DNA from: Candidatus Woesearchaeota archaeon | GTDB lineage: Archaea > Nanobdellota > Nanobdellia > Pacearchaeales > GW2011-AR1 | Assembly: GCA_964385425.1 (NCBI GenBank) | Contig: CAYLOQ010000001.1 | Coordinates: forward strand, 161,420 to 225,419 | Direction of reading: 5' to 3' | Length of the DNA stretch: 64,000 nucleotides | Made by a program: the position numbers and the translations under genes | Notes under the pieces: generated by a model | Told to the model about the DNA's origin: nothing | Database searches by the model: none | Seen by the model: the letters and a program-made list of their open reading frames with translations, nothing else | Shown: in pieces, positions 9,688 to 18,299 of the stretch | Numbering within the stretch: the first letter of the stretch is position 1 | Layout: the number at the start of each line of letters is the position of its first letter

Positions 9688-11487
9688 TTATTCTACTGTA
9701 ACAGACTTCGCAAGATTACGTGGCCTATCTACATCCAATTTTTTCAGATCTGCTATGTGGTATGCTAAAAGCTGAAGAGGGATAATATTTATTACAGAAG
9801 ATATCTCTTCTGAAACAGAAGGCACAGTTATTACATAATCAGAGAGCTTATCAATTACAGAATTCTTCTTGTCAGTTATAGTAATTATTCTTCCCCCCCT
9901 TGATTTAACCTCCTCCATACTATTAAGAACTTTTTTAAAAATGGTTCCGTTAGTCGCCAAAAAAACAACAGGCATATCATCATCAATAAGTGCTATTGGA
10001 CCGTGTTTCATCTCTGCTGCAGGATATCCTTCTGCATGGATATAAGATATTTCTTTGAGTTTTAATGCTCCTTCAAGAGCAACTGGAAAATTAATTCCTC
10101 TCCCTAGATAGAGAAAATTCTCACTGGAATAGAAATCATATGCAACTTTCCTAATCTCTTCTGATTTACCTAAAGTTTCTTCCACCTTCTCAGGCAAAAA
10201 CATGATCTCTTTAAGGAGTTCTTTATCTAAACTCAACCCCCTTTCCTGTCTAAAAAATAAAGCTAAGAGCAAAAGAGTAACAACCTGCGATGTGAAAGTC
10301 TTCGTACTTGCAACACCAACCTCTAGTCCTGCATGAGTATATATTCCTGAATCAACTTCCCGAGAAATTGTAGATCCTACAACATTTATAATTCCAAGCG
10401 TATTTGCATTTTTAGATTTCGCTTCTCTCAGAGCAGCAAGAGTATCTGCCGTCTCTCCTGATTGAGAAATAAGTATCACCAAATCATTTTCTTTTAAGAA
10501 AGGGTTCCTATATCTAAACTCAGACGCATAATCAACTTCAACAGGAACACTCACAATATTTTCAATTAGGTATTTACCTATAAGTGCTGCATGCCAACTA
10601 GTTCCGCATGCGGTAATGATTATCCTATTAATTTTTGCAGCATCCAGATTTAAACTCAGTTTTATTCTTCCATCTCTGATTCTTCCTCTTAAAACATTTT
10701 CTAAAGCTTTAGGTTGTTCAAATATCTCTTTCAACATAAAATGTTTAAATCCTTTCTTCTCTATCTGATCAAGGCTCCATTTAATTTCGTGAATTTCCTT
10801 CTTCACTTTTTCTCCTTCTATATTTCTAACATAATATGAATTTTTTTCAACACTAGCAATTTCATTGTCATGAAGATAAATAAGTCTCTTTGTGTGTTCT
10901 AATACTGCCGTAGCATCTGAGGAAACTATCATTTCATTATCCCCTATCCCTATAACCAAAGGAGAACCCCTTCTTGCGGCAACTATCTTTCTCTCGTGTT
11001 TGTGAATTACTGCCAGACCAAAAGTTCCTTCAACAAACCCCAGTGCCTTAGAAACAGCAGTTTCAAGATCTCCAGAATAAAAGTCTTCTATGAGGTGTAC
11101 TAAAATTTCAGAATCTGTTTCAGAAGTTATTCTATGCCCTTTTTTTATAAGCAACTCTTTAAGAGTATAATAGTTTTCTATTATTCCGTTATGCACAAGT
11201 GCTATTTCATTTTTGCAGTCTAAATGTGGGTGTGCATTCGTCTCATTGGGCCTCCCGTGTGTTGCCCATCTCGTATGAGCCACCCCAATCGTATTGCTAA
11301 TGTTTTTTAATTCAGGAGATTCCACAAACTCTGAAATCTTTCCTTGCTTTTTAATTATTTCAAGATTAGAATTATTCTGTATGCAGAAACCAAAACTATC
11401 ATATCCCCTATATTCTAGTCTCTTCAAACCATTAATCAAGAGGGGTACTATTTCTTTTTCCCCCACATACCCTATTATTCCACACAT
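9688..11487 (-). CDS. glmS: Glutamine--fructose-6-phosphate transaminase (isomerizing)
   Basis: MCGIIGY, EYRGYDS, HTRWATHG, SQSGETADT, C-terminal PRNLAKSVTVE. Confidence 0.98.
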   Translation of the reverse strand: MCGIIGYVGEKEIVPLLINGLKRLEYRGYDSFGFCIQNNSNLEIIKKQGKISEFVESPELKNISNTIGVAHTRWATHGRPNETNAHPHLDCKNEIALVHNGIIENYYTLKELLIKKGHRITSETDSEILVHLIEDFYSGDLETAVSKALGFVEGTFGLAVIHKHERKIVAARRGSPLVIGIGDNEMIVSSDATAVLEHTKRLIYLHDNEIASVEKNSYYVRNIEGEKVKKEIHEIKWSLDQIEKKGFKHFMLKEIFEQPKALENVLRGRIRDGRIKLSLNLDAAKINRIIITACGTSWHAALIGKYLIENIVSVPVEVDYASEFRYRNPFLKENDLVILISQSGETADTLAALREAKSKNANTLGIINVVGSTISREVDSGIYTHAGLEVGVASTKTFTSQVVTLLLLALFFRQERGLSLDKELLKEIMFLPEKVEETLGKSEEIRKVAYDFYSSENFLYLGRGINFPVALEGALKLKEISYIHAEGYPAAEMKHGPIALIDDDMPVVFLATNGTIFKKVLNSMEEVKSRGGRIITITDKKNSVIDKLSDYVITVPSVSEEISSVINIIPLQLLAYHIADLKKLDVDRPRNLAKSVTVE

Positions 11488-11546
11488 AGAATGGGATGAA
11501 TTAAATGGCTTTTAATTTTTATGCAATTCCATTCTATAGAATTGAA

Positions 11547-11680
11547 TGAGCCTGCACGGATTTGAACCGTGGACCCCTACCTAGCTGAGGATAAGAAAAT
11601 ACCCTTATCAGAATCACCTTCTGCTTGACTTTTATATCAAGGCAGAATGTAGTGCTCTAACCAGGCTGAGCTACAGGCTC
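11547..11680 (-). tRNA. tRNA-Ile(GAT) with two introns: 30/31 (36 nt, 11613-11648) and 37/38 (23 nt, 11583-11605)
   Basis: Acceptor GAGCCTG/CAGGCTC+A73, D arm GCTC/GAGC, T arm CACGG-TTCAAAT-CCGTG. Removing both introns gives a 75-nt cloverleaf with anticodon arm CTACT-CTGATAA-GGTAG; both junctions fit BHB geometry. Confidence 0.9.
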
Positions 11681-11704
11681 ATCAAAACTTGAAAGAATTA
11701 AAGT

Positions 11705-11712
11705 ATTTATAA
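11705..11712 (-). promoter_or_regulatory. Probable TATA box of tRNA-Ile, overlapping the stop codon of the LAGLIDADG gene
   Basis: TTATAAAT on the minus strand 25-32 nt upstream of tRNA G1. Confidence 0.5.
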
Positions 11713-12372
11713 GTTTTGTGAATTCAAAAATAAATTATATTTTTTAATATGCTTTGGATTCTTAGGTCTAATGTTTTCTATAAATTTATGAAACATTTTA
11801 ACACCCCTTATTGAAATAACATAAGCTCTTTGTCTTTTAGCATCTTTATTGAATAATTCGGAATGTCTTGTAACTCTAAAACCCAATTCTGATAATATCT
11901 GAAGAAGTTGTTCTGAAAGTTTAATAGAAATGGTTCTCATCTCCATCCTGGGATATAACTTTTTATTTTTCTTCTCTAAATAAATTCCCCCGTCAGTATC
12001 GAAAAGTCCCCTAATAATAGAAATCTTAAGATCCTTATTTTCAAAAAAGAGAGAAGGGATAGAAATATCAAACTTTTTTCCCAATGGAAGTCCTAGCTTT
12101 TGTTTAAATCTGATTAAATCATCATTCCAAATCTGAAAACCAAAAACTCTTGTAGAGGGCATCTTTCTCAAGCTTATATCAATATCATAAAGAAGCTTAA
12201 AGATTGGTTTAACTCTCTCTACATAATGAGGTTTATCATCTTCTATGTGACCTCTAAGTTGATATATTCCCCTTAACTTTCCTTTATTATTGTAATAATT
12301 CATGCTCCCATCACCTACATGCCAACCAACTTCCTCTGCTAATTCTTTAGTTATTTTTCTTGGGATATTCAT
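11707..12372 (-). CDS. Free-standing two-motif LAGLIDADG homing-endonuclease-like protein
   Basis: LAEEVGWHVGDGS and IIRGLFDTDGG motifs about 105 aa apart. Confidence 0.85.
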   Translation of the reverse strand: MNIPRKITKELAEEVGWHVGDGSMNYYNNKGKLRGIYQLRGHIEDDKPHYVERVKPIFKLLYDIDISLRKMPSTRVFGFQIWNDDLIRFKQKLGLPLGKKFDISIPSLFFENKDLKISIIRGLFDTDGGIYLEKKNKKLYPRMEMRTISIKLSEQLLQILSELGFRVTRHSELFNKDAKRQRAYVISIRGVKMFHKFIENIRPKNPKHIKKYNLFLNSQNL

Positions 12373-12521
12373 TTTAATATATTTTTTCGTATATACTTAC
12401 ACATTCCAGATACTCTCTGATGAATCACAAGATTTTGTTTTGCGTGGTGTTCAGAAAATCCAACTATATCTTTTTTACAATAAGGACATTTTTTTATAAC
12501 TTTTTTCTTTTGCTTAACCAT
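12369..12521 (-). CDS. Small zinc-finger-like protein (50 aa)
   Basis: Manual translation MVKQKKKVIKKCPYCKKDIVGFSEHHAKQNLVIHQRVSGMCKYIRKNILK; ATGA overlap with the LAGLIDADG start. Confidence 0.65.
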   Translation of the reverse strand: MVKQKKKVIKKCPYCKKDIVGFSEHHAKQNLVIHQRVSGMCKYIRKNILK

Positions 12522-12615
12522 ACCATATATAGGGTATATAGACTATATAAATCTTTCTAATAGAATGAAGACCCCTAATACTAAGTTTTAAAAACCATTT
12601 TTCTGTCAATAAAAC

Positions 12616-13188
12616 ATGGCTAAAGGAATGTATCATCATATCAAAGAAGCATGGAAAAAACCAGACAAAAAGGTTCTTAGAGAAAGAATGATCACATGGA
12701 GAAAGTCCGGTGTTTTCGAAAAAGTCGATAAACCCTTAAGATTAGACAGGGCGCGGGCATTGGGGTATAAAGACAAAAAGGGATTCGTAATAGTAAGAGT
12801 GAGGATTAAGAGGGGAGGTCATAAAAGACCAAGACCAAACAAAGGCAGAAGGAGCAAGAGGCTACACACTAGAAAAACTCTTGGGATGAACTATAGATGG
12901 ATAGCAGAACAGAGGGTTGCCAGAAAATACAAAAACCTTGAGGTGCTAAATTCTTACATGCTTGGAAAAGACGGGGTACATTATTTCTACGAAGTTATTC
13001 TCATAGACCCTGAAAGACCTGAAATAAAAAAAGACAGGACCACAAGCTGGATAACAAAACCGGGAAACAGAAAAAGACCTATGCGTGGATTGACTTCTGC
13101 AGGCAAAAAATCTAGAGGTTTGCGACACAAGAGTCCAGAGCTGAAAGTTAGACCTTCGATAAGAGCCAAAGGAAGATTAGGGAAATAA
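12616..13188 (+). CDS. rpl15e: 50S ribosomal protein L15e
   Basis: RLDRARALGYK.K.G...VRVRIKRGG; EVLNSY...DG...FYEVILIDP; RGLTSAGKKSRGL. Confidence 0.97.
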   Translation: MAKGMYHHIKEAWKKPDKKVLRERMITWRKSGVFEKVDKPLRLDRARALGYKDKKGFVIVRVRIKRGGHKRPRPNKGRRSKRLHTRKTLGMNYRWIAEQRVARKYKNLEVLNSYMLGKDGVHYFYEVILIDPERPEIKKDRTTSWITKPGNRKRPMRGLTSAGKKSRGLRHKSPELKVRPSIRAKGRLGK

Positions 13189-13191
13189 GAA

Positions 13192-13533
13192 ATGGGTAGA
13201 TTAACAGTGAATAGAAAGTATATAAAATTTGTACAAAAATTTATACATAAAAGGAAACTTATCGATTTAATTGATATCATTGACGAAGTACCTCCACCAA
13301 CTGTGATAAAAGATTCCGAAAATAATTTATATTATATGGTGGATGGAACTCATAGAGCTTATATAACTTTTAAATCTGGTAAAACTACAATAAGAGTTCG
13401 GGAGGGGTGGAAATACTTTCGCACTACATTAGCAGTAGAACAAGTCTATGAATTTTTCAGAAGGAGAAAATCAGACCCGCAATATGAATGTCCTTTTGTA
13501 AGGTTCGAAAACCTTGAGTTCCTAGATAAATAA
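13192..13533 (+). CDS. Hypothetical protein with ParB/sulfiredoxin-like motif
   Basis: VPPPTV...YYMVDGTHRAY. Confidence 0.5.
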   Translation: MGRLTVNRKYIKFVQKFIHKRKLIDLIDIIDEVPPPTVIKDSENNLYYMVDGTHRAYITFKSGKTTIRVREGWKYFRTTLAVEQVYEFFRRRKSDPQYECPFVRFENLEFLDK

Positions 13534-13573
13534 AATAAACAACCTTAAAAACATTTACTTCTTGATTTAAAGT

Positions 13574-14221
13574 ATGACTAAATTACACAAAAATAAACAA
13601 TATTATTCTGATGCCGAATGGACTTCCCAAAAAGTTAATCAGGAAATAACTAAAGGGTTAGAATTATTAAATCAAATAAACAAAAAAATAGTGACTTTCT
13701 TTGGATCACATAGGGCAAAAAAGAAGAGTAAATATTATAAACATGCTGAAAAACTTGCTTTTACACTTGGATTAAGAGGTTATGCTATTGCAAGCGGAGG
13801 TGGTCCTGGGATAATGCACGCCTCAAATACAGGAGCAACAAAAGCAAAAACCCAATCAATAGGACTAAGAGCAAGACTTCTTAAAGGAGAATGGATTAAA
13901 GATCCTATTTTTACGCATGATCTCTCATTTCATTTCTTATTTGTAAGACGTTTCATAATGTCTATAAAAAGTGAGGCACTCATCTTTTATCCAGGAGGTT
14001 ATGGAACACTAAATGAAATCTTTGAATATGCTGTTTTGATGCAAACAGGAATAGTAGATAAAGTCCCAATAATTTGTGTGAATAAGAAATACTGGAAAGG
14101 ACTATTCGAATGGTTAAAAGAAAATCCCTTAAAAGAGGGTTTTTTCATACGGGATAAAGATATTAAATTATTATATTTTATTGATGATCCTAAAGAAATA
14201 ATTAAAATAATAGAAAAATAA
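13574..14221 (+). CDS. LOG-family nucleotide phosphoribohydrolase (lysine-decarboxylase-like Rossmann fold)
   Basis: SGGGPGIM, FFVRR-like segment, PGGYGTLNE. Confidence 0.9.
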   Translation: MTKLHKNKQYYSDAEWTSQKVNQEITKGLELLNQINKKIVTFFGSHRAKKKSKYYKHAEKLAFTLGLRGYAIASGGGPGIMHASNTGATKAKTQSIGLRARLLKGEWIKDPIFTHDLSFHFLFVRRFIMSIKSEALIFYPGGYGTLNEIFEYAVLMQTGIVDKVPIICVNKKYWKGLFEWLKENPLKEGFFIRDKDIKLLYFIDDPKEIIKIIEK

Positions 14222-14230
14222 AAGAGAAAA

Positions 14231-14476
14231 ATGCCAATAAATATCTTTCAACTAATTGCAGTTATAGGACTTTTATCAATAATTTCCGGAACATTAATGA
14301 TTTCTCGTAAAAAAAGAATAAGGAGAAGATATACTTATCCCTTATTAATCTTAGGGGGAATTTTCCTAGAGATTTATAGTATCTACATACGGGATTTAAT
14401 ATTTATAATCCTTCAAGGAGTCTTTATCATATCAGCTATTTATGGACTAATAAAAATAAACGAACACAGAAAATGA
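14231..14476 (+). CDS. Small 3-TM membrane protein
   Basis: Three hydrophobic segments; overlaps the next gene (ATGA). Confidence 0.65.
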   Translation: MPINIFQLIAVIGLLSIISGTLMISRKKRIRRRYTYPLLILGGIFLEIYSIYIRDLIFIILQGVFIISAIYGLIKINEHRK

Positions 14477-15033
14477 AAAATAAACTTAAAATTCTTCTAC
14501 TATCATCATTTTTTATAAATCTATCTGCAGGTTTTTTTGGTCCTCTCTATGCAGTATTTGTAGAAAAAATTGGGGGAAATCTCTTAACTGCGGGTTCTAC
14601 TTACGCGGCATTTTCTATTGTGGCGGGTGTTCTCATCTTTTTTATAGGAAAATGGGAAGATCACATAAAACACCAAGAAAAATTACTTATTGTTTCAAGA
14701 TTTTTAGCTATCGTTGGTTTCATAGGATATTTAATAATAAGGAACCCTTTAGATTTATTCATAGTTCAAATAATATTTGGAGTTTCGGTAGCTATCGGAA
14801 CTCCTGCATTTGATAGTTTATATTCTAAAAACTTGCAGAAAGGGAAATTTGCCTCTCAGTGGGGAACGTGGGAATCAATGTACGCAATCACTGTAGGAAT
14901 ATCAGCAATAATTGGAGGATTCATAGCACAAATGTATGGATTTAAAACGTTATTTATTATAATGTTAATTTTCTCAATTTTCTCATTTATATCCTCTTTA
15001 TTTTTAATTAAAAAAAAGAAAAATAGAAAATGA
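14473..15033 (+). CDS. Half-size MFS-like transporter (about 6 TM)
   Basis: MFS-like helices and GKWEDHI motif-A variant; 186 aa. Confidence 0.7.
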   Translation: MKNKLKILLLSSFFINLSAGFFGPLYAVFVEKIGGNLLTAGSTYAAFSIVAGVLIFFIGKWEDHIKHQEKLLIVSRFLAIVGFIGYLIIRNPLDLFIVQIIFGVSVAIGTPAFDSLYSKNLQKGKFASQWGTWESMYAITVGISAIIGGFIAQMYGFKTLFIIMLIFSIFSFISSLFLIKKKKNRK

Positions 15034-16742
15034 GATACCAAAAACTTGCGGATTTATATGAAGAATTATCCAGCACCACAAAACGTCTGGAGAAGATAGA
15101 TATTCTCTCAAAATTTCTAAAACATCTTTCTGAAAAAGACAGAGATGTTCTTTACCTCTTGCTCGGAGACATCTATCCAGAGTATGACGAAAGGAGGATA
15201 GGCATTAGCAATCAGTTAGCGATAAAGGCAATTTCAAAAGCAACAGGAATAGATACAAAAAAGGTCGTGCATGAATGGAAGGTAATAGGAGATCTCGGAG
15301 AAGTTGCTGAAAAATTTACACATCACAAAAAACAAGCGACACTGCAGAGTCATATCCTCACGACAGAAAAAGTCTTGAAAAACCTGAGAAAGCTTCCTGA
15401 ATTAGAAGGGAAGGGGACAGTGGGTAAAAAACTCTCACTAATAACAGAACTTTTAACATCTGCGAGCCCTAAAGAAGCCATATATCTAGTAAGGACCCTT
15501 ATCGGAGATCTCAGAATCGGAGTCAAGGAGAGCACTATCAGAGAATCATTAGCTGCTGCATTCTTCAAAAGAGATTCCAAAACAGAAAGAGATATCCAAG
15601 ATGCGATAGATAAATCAAACGATATTGCCGAAGTCTTTGACGCCGCGAGAAAAGGTAAACTGAAAGACCTAGAGAAAATTCATTTACAGGTTGGAAAACC
15701 CATAAAAGTCATGCTGCCCCAAAAAATTAAAAATATAACAGAGGGTTTCAACGCTGTGGGAAAACCTTGTGCGATAGAATACAAATACGACGGCTTCAGA
15801 ATTCTTATCCATAAGAAAAACAAAGAGGTACTGTTATTCACCAGGAGCTTGGAAAACGTAACCAAACAATTTCCAGAAGTGGTGGACTACACAAACAAAT
15901 ATGTTAAGGGGGATTCCTTCATCCTGGACTGCGAGGCTGTGGGTTTTGACCGGAGAACCAAGGAATACAAACCATTCCAGAGCATCAGCCAGAGGATAAG
16001 GAGAAAATACCACATAGAAAAACTCCAGAAAGAGCTCCCTGTTGAGGTAAATGTGTTTGATATCCTCTACTATAACGGAAAATCCTTTTTGAACGAGGCT
16101 TTTGAAAAAAGAACAGTCTTTGTAAGGAAGATAATAAAAAATCACCCCTATAAAATAATTCATTCAAAACAAATAATAACAGGAGACGAAAAAAGAGCGA
16201 AAGAGTTCTATAAAGAAGCACTCAAGGAGAATCAAGAAGGAATAATGATGAAGAATCTCAAAAGCAGGTACCAGCCAGGAAGAAGGGTGGGTCACATGTT
16301 AAAAATGAAACCAGAAGATAGGGATTTAGATTTGGTGATAACCGGTGCCGAGTTTGGAAAAGGGAGGCGTTCTGGTTGGCTCTCCAGCTTTATTTTATCC
16401 TGTAGAGATGCTGAAAAAAAGAAGTTCTTAGAGATTGGAAAAGTTGGAACAGGAATAAAAGAGAAGGAAGAGGTAGAAGGAGTATCTTTCGCAGAACTTA
16501 CAAAAAAACTTTCTCCTTTAATCACAAAAGAAAAAGGGAAAAAAGTAGAAATAAGGCCAAAGGTTGTTGTTGCCGTTACATACCAAGAGATCCAGAAATC
16601 CCCAAATTATAATTCTGGATTTGCTTTAAGGTTCCCTAGGTTAACTGCGCTAAGACCAGATAAACCGTTGAGTGAGATAACAACTCTGAAAGAGATAGAA
16701 AAAGATTTTAAGAACCAAAAAAGAAACTGGATGTATGGTTAA
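15030..16742 (+). CDS. lig: ATP-dependent DNA ligase
   Basis: Motif I EYKYDGFR, EGIMMK, Y.PG.R, C-terminal LRFPR. Confidence 0.97.
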   Translation: MRYQKLADLYEELSSTTKRLEKIDILSKFLKHLSEKDRDVLYLLLGDIYPEYDERRIGISNQLAIKAISKATGIDTKKVVHEWKVIGDLGEVAEKFTHHKKQATLQSHILTTEKVLKNLRKLPELEGKGTVGKKLSLITELLTSASPKEAIYLVRTLIGDLRIGVKESTIRESLAAAFFKRDSKTERDIQDAIDKSNDIAEVFDAARKGKLKDLEKIHLQVGKPIKVMLPQKIKNITEGFNAVGKPCAIEYKYDGFRILIHKKNKEVLLFTRSLENVTKQFPEVVDYTNKYVKGDSFILDCEAVGFDRRTKEYKPFQSISQRIRRKYHIEKLQKELPVEVNVFDILYYNGKSFLNEAFEKRTVFVRKIIKNHPYKIIHSKQIITGDEKRAKEFYKEALKENQEGIMMKNLKSRYQPGRRVGHMLKMKPEDRDLDLVITGAEFGKGRRSGWLSSFILSCRDAEKKKFLEIGKVGTGIKEKEEVEGVSFAELTKKLSPLITKEKGKKVEIRPKVVVAVTYQEIQKSPNYNSGFALRFPRLTALRPDKPLSEITTLKEIEKDFKNQKRNWMYG

Positions 16743-16767
16743 ACCCAATTCAAATCCCCCCCGAGCC

Positions 16768-16807
16768 CTTTATAAAGCTTTATAAAGGTTTTTTTCCCTT
16801 TATAAAG
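16768..16807. promoter_or_regulatory. Three copies of the palindrome CTTTATAAAG (TATA boxes) upstream of tbp
   Basis: Exact 10-mers at 16768-16777, 16778-16787 and 16798-16807. Confidence 0.7.
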
Positions 16808-16853
16808 AAGATGGCACGAAGCTGTAAACAGCTAAGTCATTTTATAGAATAAA

Positions 16854-17414
16854 ATGCCTAAAGGAAAAAGTAATTATAAGATACAAAACATTGTAGCAAC
16901 TACTTCTCTCGAAAAACCTATTCCCCTAACAAAACTAGCAAGAACACAGCCAAATACAGAATACAATCCAGAAACTTTTCCTGGCCTAGTTCTGAGAATT
17001 AAAGAACCAAAATCAGCAGTCCTTGTTTTTTCTTCTGGGAACCTCGTCTGCACAGGAACAAAATCAGTGGCTCAGGTTAAAAAAGTAATCCAGGCTGTCA
17101 TAAAGCAACTCAAAAAAATCAATGTGAACATTACTACAAAGCCAAAAATAACCGTTCAAAATATTGTTGCCTCAGGAACGATCAATCTCAAACTAAATCT
17201 TAATTTCCTCGCCCTTGAAATGGAAAATACTGAATATGAACCAGAACAATTCCCTGGCCTGGTATATAAACTCATAGAACCAAATGCGACCTTCTTGCTA
17301 TTCAGCAATGGAAAACTCGTCTGCACAGGAACAAAGAACAAACAGCAATTAGAATACAGCATGTCTCAGCTCTTGAAGAATGTCAAAGCTGTTTTGAAGA
17401 ATTATAAGAAGTGA
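16854..17414 (+). CDS. tbp: TATA-box-binding protein
   Basis: Two repeats: IQNIVAT...EYNPETFPGLV and VQNIVAS...EYEPEQFPGLVY. Confidence 0.98.
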   Translation: MPKGKSNYKIQNIVATTSLEKPIPLTKLARTQPNTEYNPETFPGLVLRIKEPKSAVLVFSSGNLVCTGTKSVAQVKKVIQAVIKQLKKINVNITTKPKITVQNIVASGTINLKLNLNFLALEMENTEYEPEQFPGLVYKLIEPNATFLLFSNGKLVCTGTKNKQQLEYSMSQLLKNVKAVLKNYKK

Positions 17415-17415
17415 T

Positions 17416-18177
17416 TTAATCTAACCAAATTTCCACAAGAGCTGCCTTTCCTTTTAATTTAGCTATTAATTTCTTACTTATATCTAACTCGCCATCCCAG
17501 ATATCCATCACAAATTGACTCATCCCGGAGGCAAAATAAGTAGGATAAATACAAAGATCATAATGAATCTTGTTCAAATAAATTCCTTGTAAAAGTGTAG
17601 GGAGTTCTCCAAGAATATATGTCGCAAGCTTATCTAATTTTCTTTGATTCTCAAGAATTTTTAATTTTCCCCTTTTTCTAATATATTTTTTAACAAAAAA
17701 CAAAATTCCCGATTTGAATTCGGGATTTTTTCTATAACTCTCTAAAAAATAATTATAAATGTCTTGATAATGTTTACTCTGTTTAATTTCACTCCACTTA
17801 TAGATTTTAACTTTATTTTTATCCTTATTTGACAATCTATTAGTTGCTTTCTCAAAAATTTTCTTAAAATTTTCCCCTTCTTTCTCTGCTCTTTTTCTAG
17901 ATTTACCAGAACTATAACTACTAAAAATTTCGTAATTGACTATATCTAGCTCATCTGCAATTATCACAGCAACTTTTTCTTTTGTATTTTTAACAGCCCA
18001 TTTAAGATAATCATAAGCCATATTTTCGTCAAGTTTTTTATTACTAATACTAACTCCAATAAAGATATTATATTTCTTTTTTGATATTTGCTCAGAAGTA
18101 GCCCCAAAGAAGCGCATTTTTCTTTCTATTTCATAATCCCATTTAGGCAAAGTTATTGTCTTTCCTTTCATTTCCAT
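17416..18177 (-). CDS. tRNA-dependent cyclodipeptide synthase (CDPS) family protein
   Basis: GVSISN (GxSxxN), IIADEL..VN, YILGELP (YxxxExP), IYP (XYP-type). Confidence 0.75.
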   Translation of the reverse strand: MEMKGKTITLPKWDYEIERKMRFFGATSEQISKKKYNIFIGVSISNKKLDENMAYDYLKWAVKNTKEKVAVIIADELDIVNYEIFSSYSSGKSRKRAEKEGENFKKIFEKATNRLSNKDKNKVKIYKWSEIKQSKHYQDIYNYFLESYRKNPEFKSGILFFVKKYIRKRGKLKILENQRKLDKLATYILGELPTLLQGIYLNKIHYDLCIYPTYFASGMSQFVMDIWDGELDISKKLIAKLKGKAALVEIWLD

Positions 18178-18299
18178 TAAAAGAAAATCTCTATTAAAAA
18201 TCTTTTCAAACTTCCACCCCTCAAAAGTAATTCACAATTTTCTAAAACTACTAAAGAATATATATAAATCTATAAAAACTATTGTCATTTTCCATAAGC

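Noticed and set aside
18180-18299. Replication origin (ORB) upstream of mcm
   Set aside because: Only one weak G-string-like match, no repeats and no cdc6/orc1 nearby; the region fits divergent promoters
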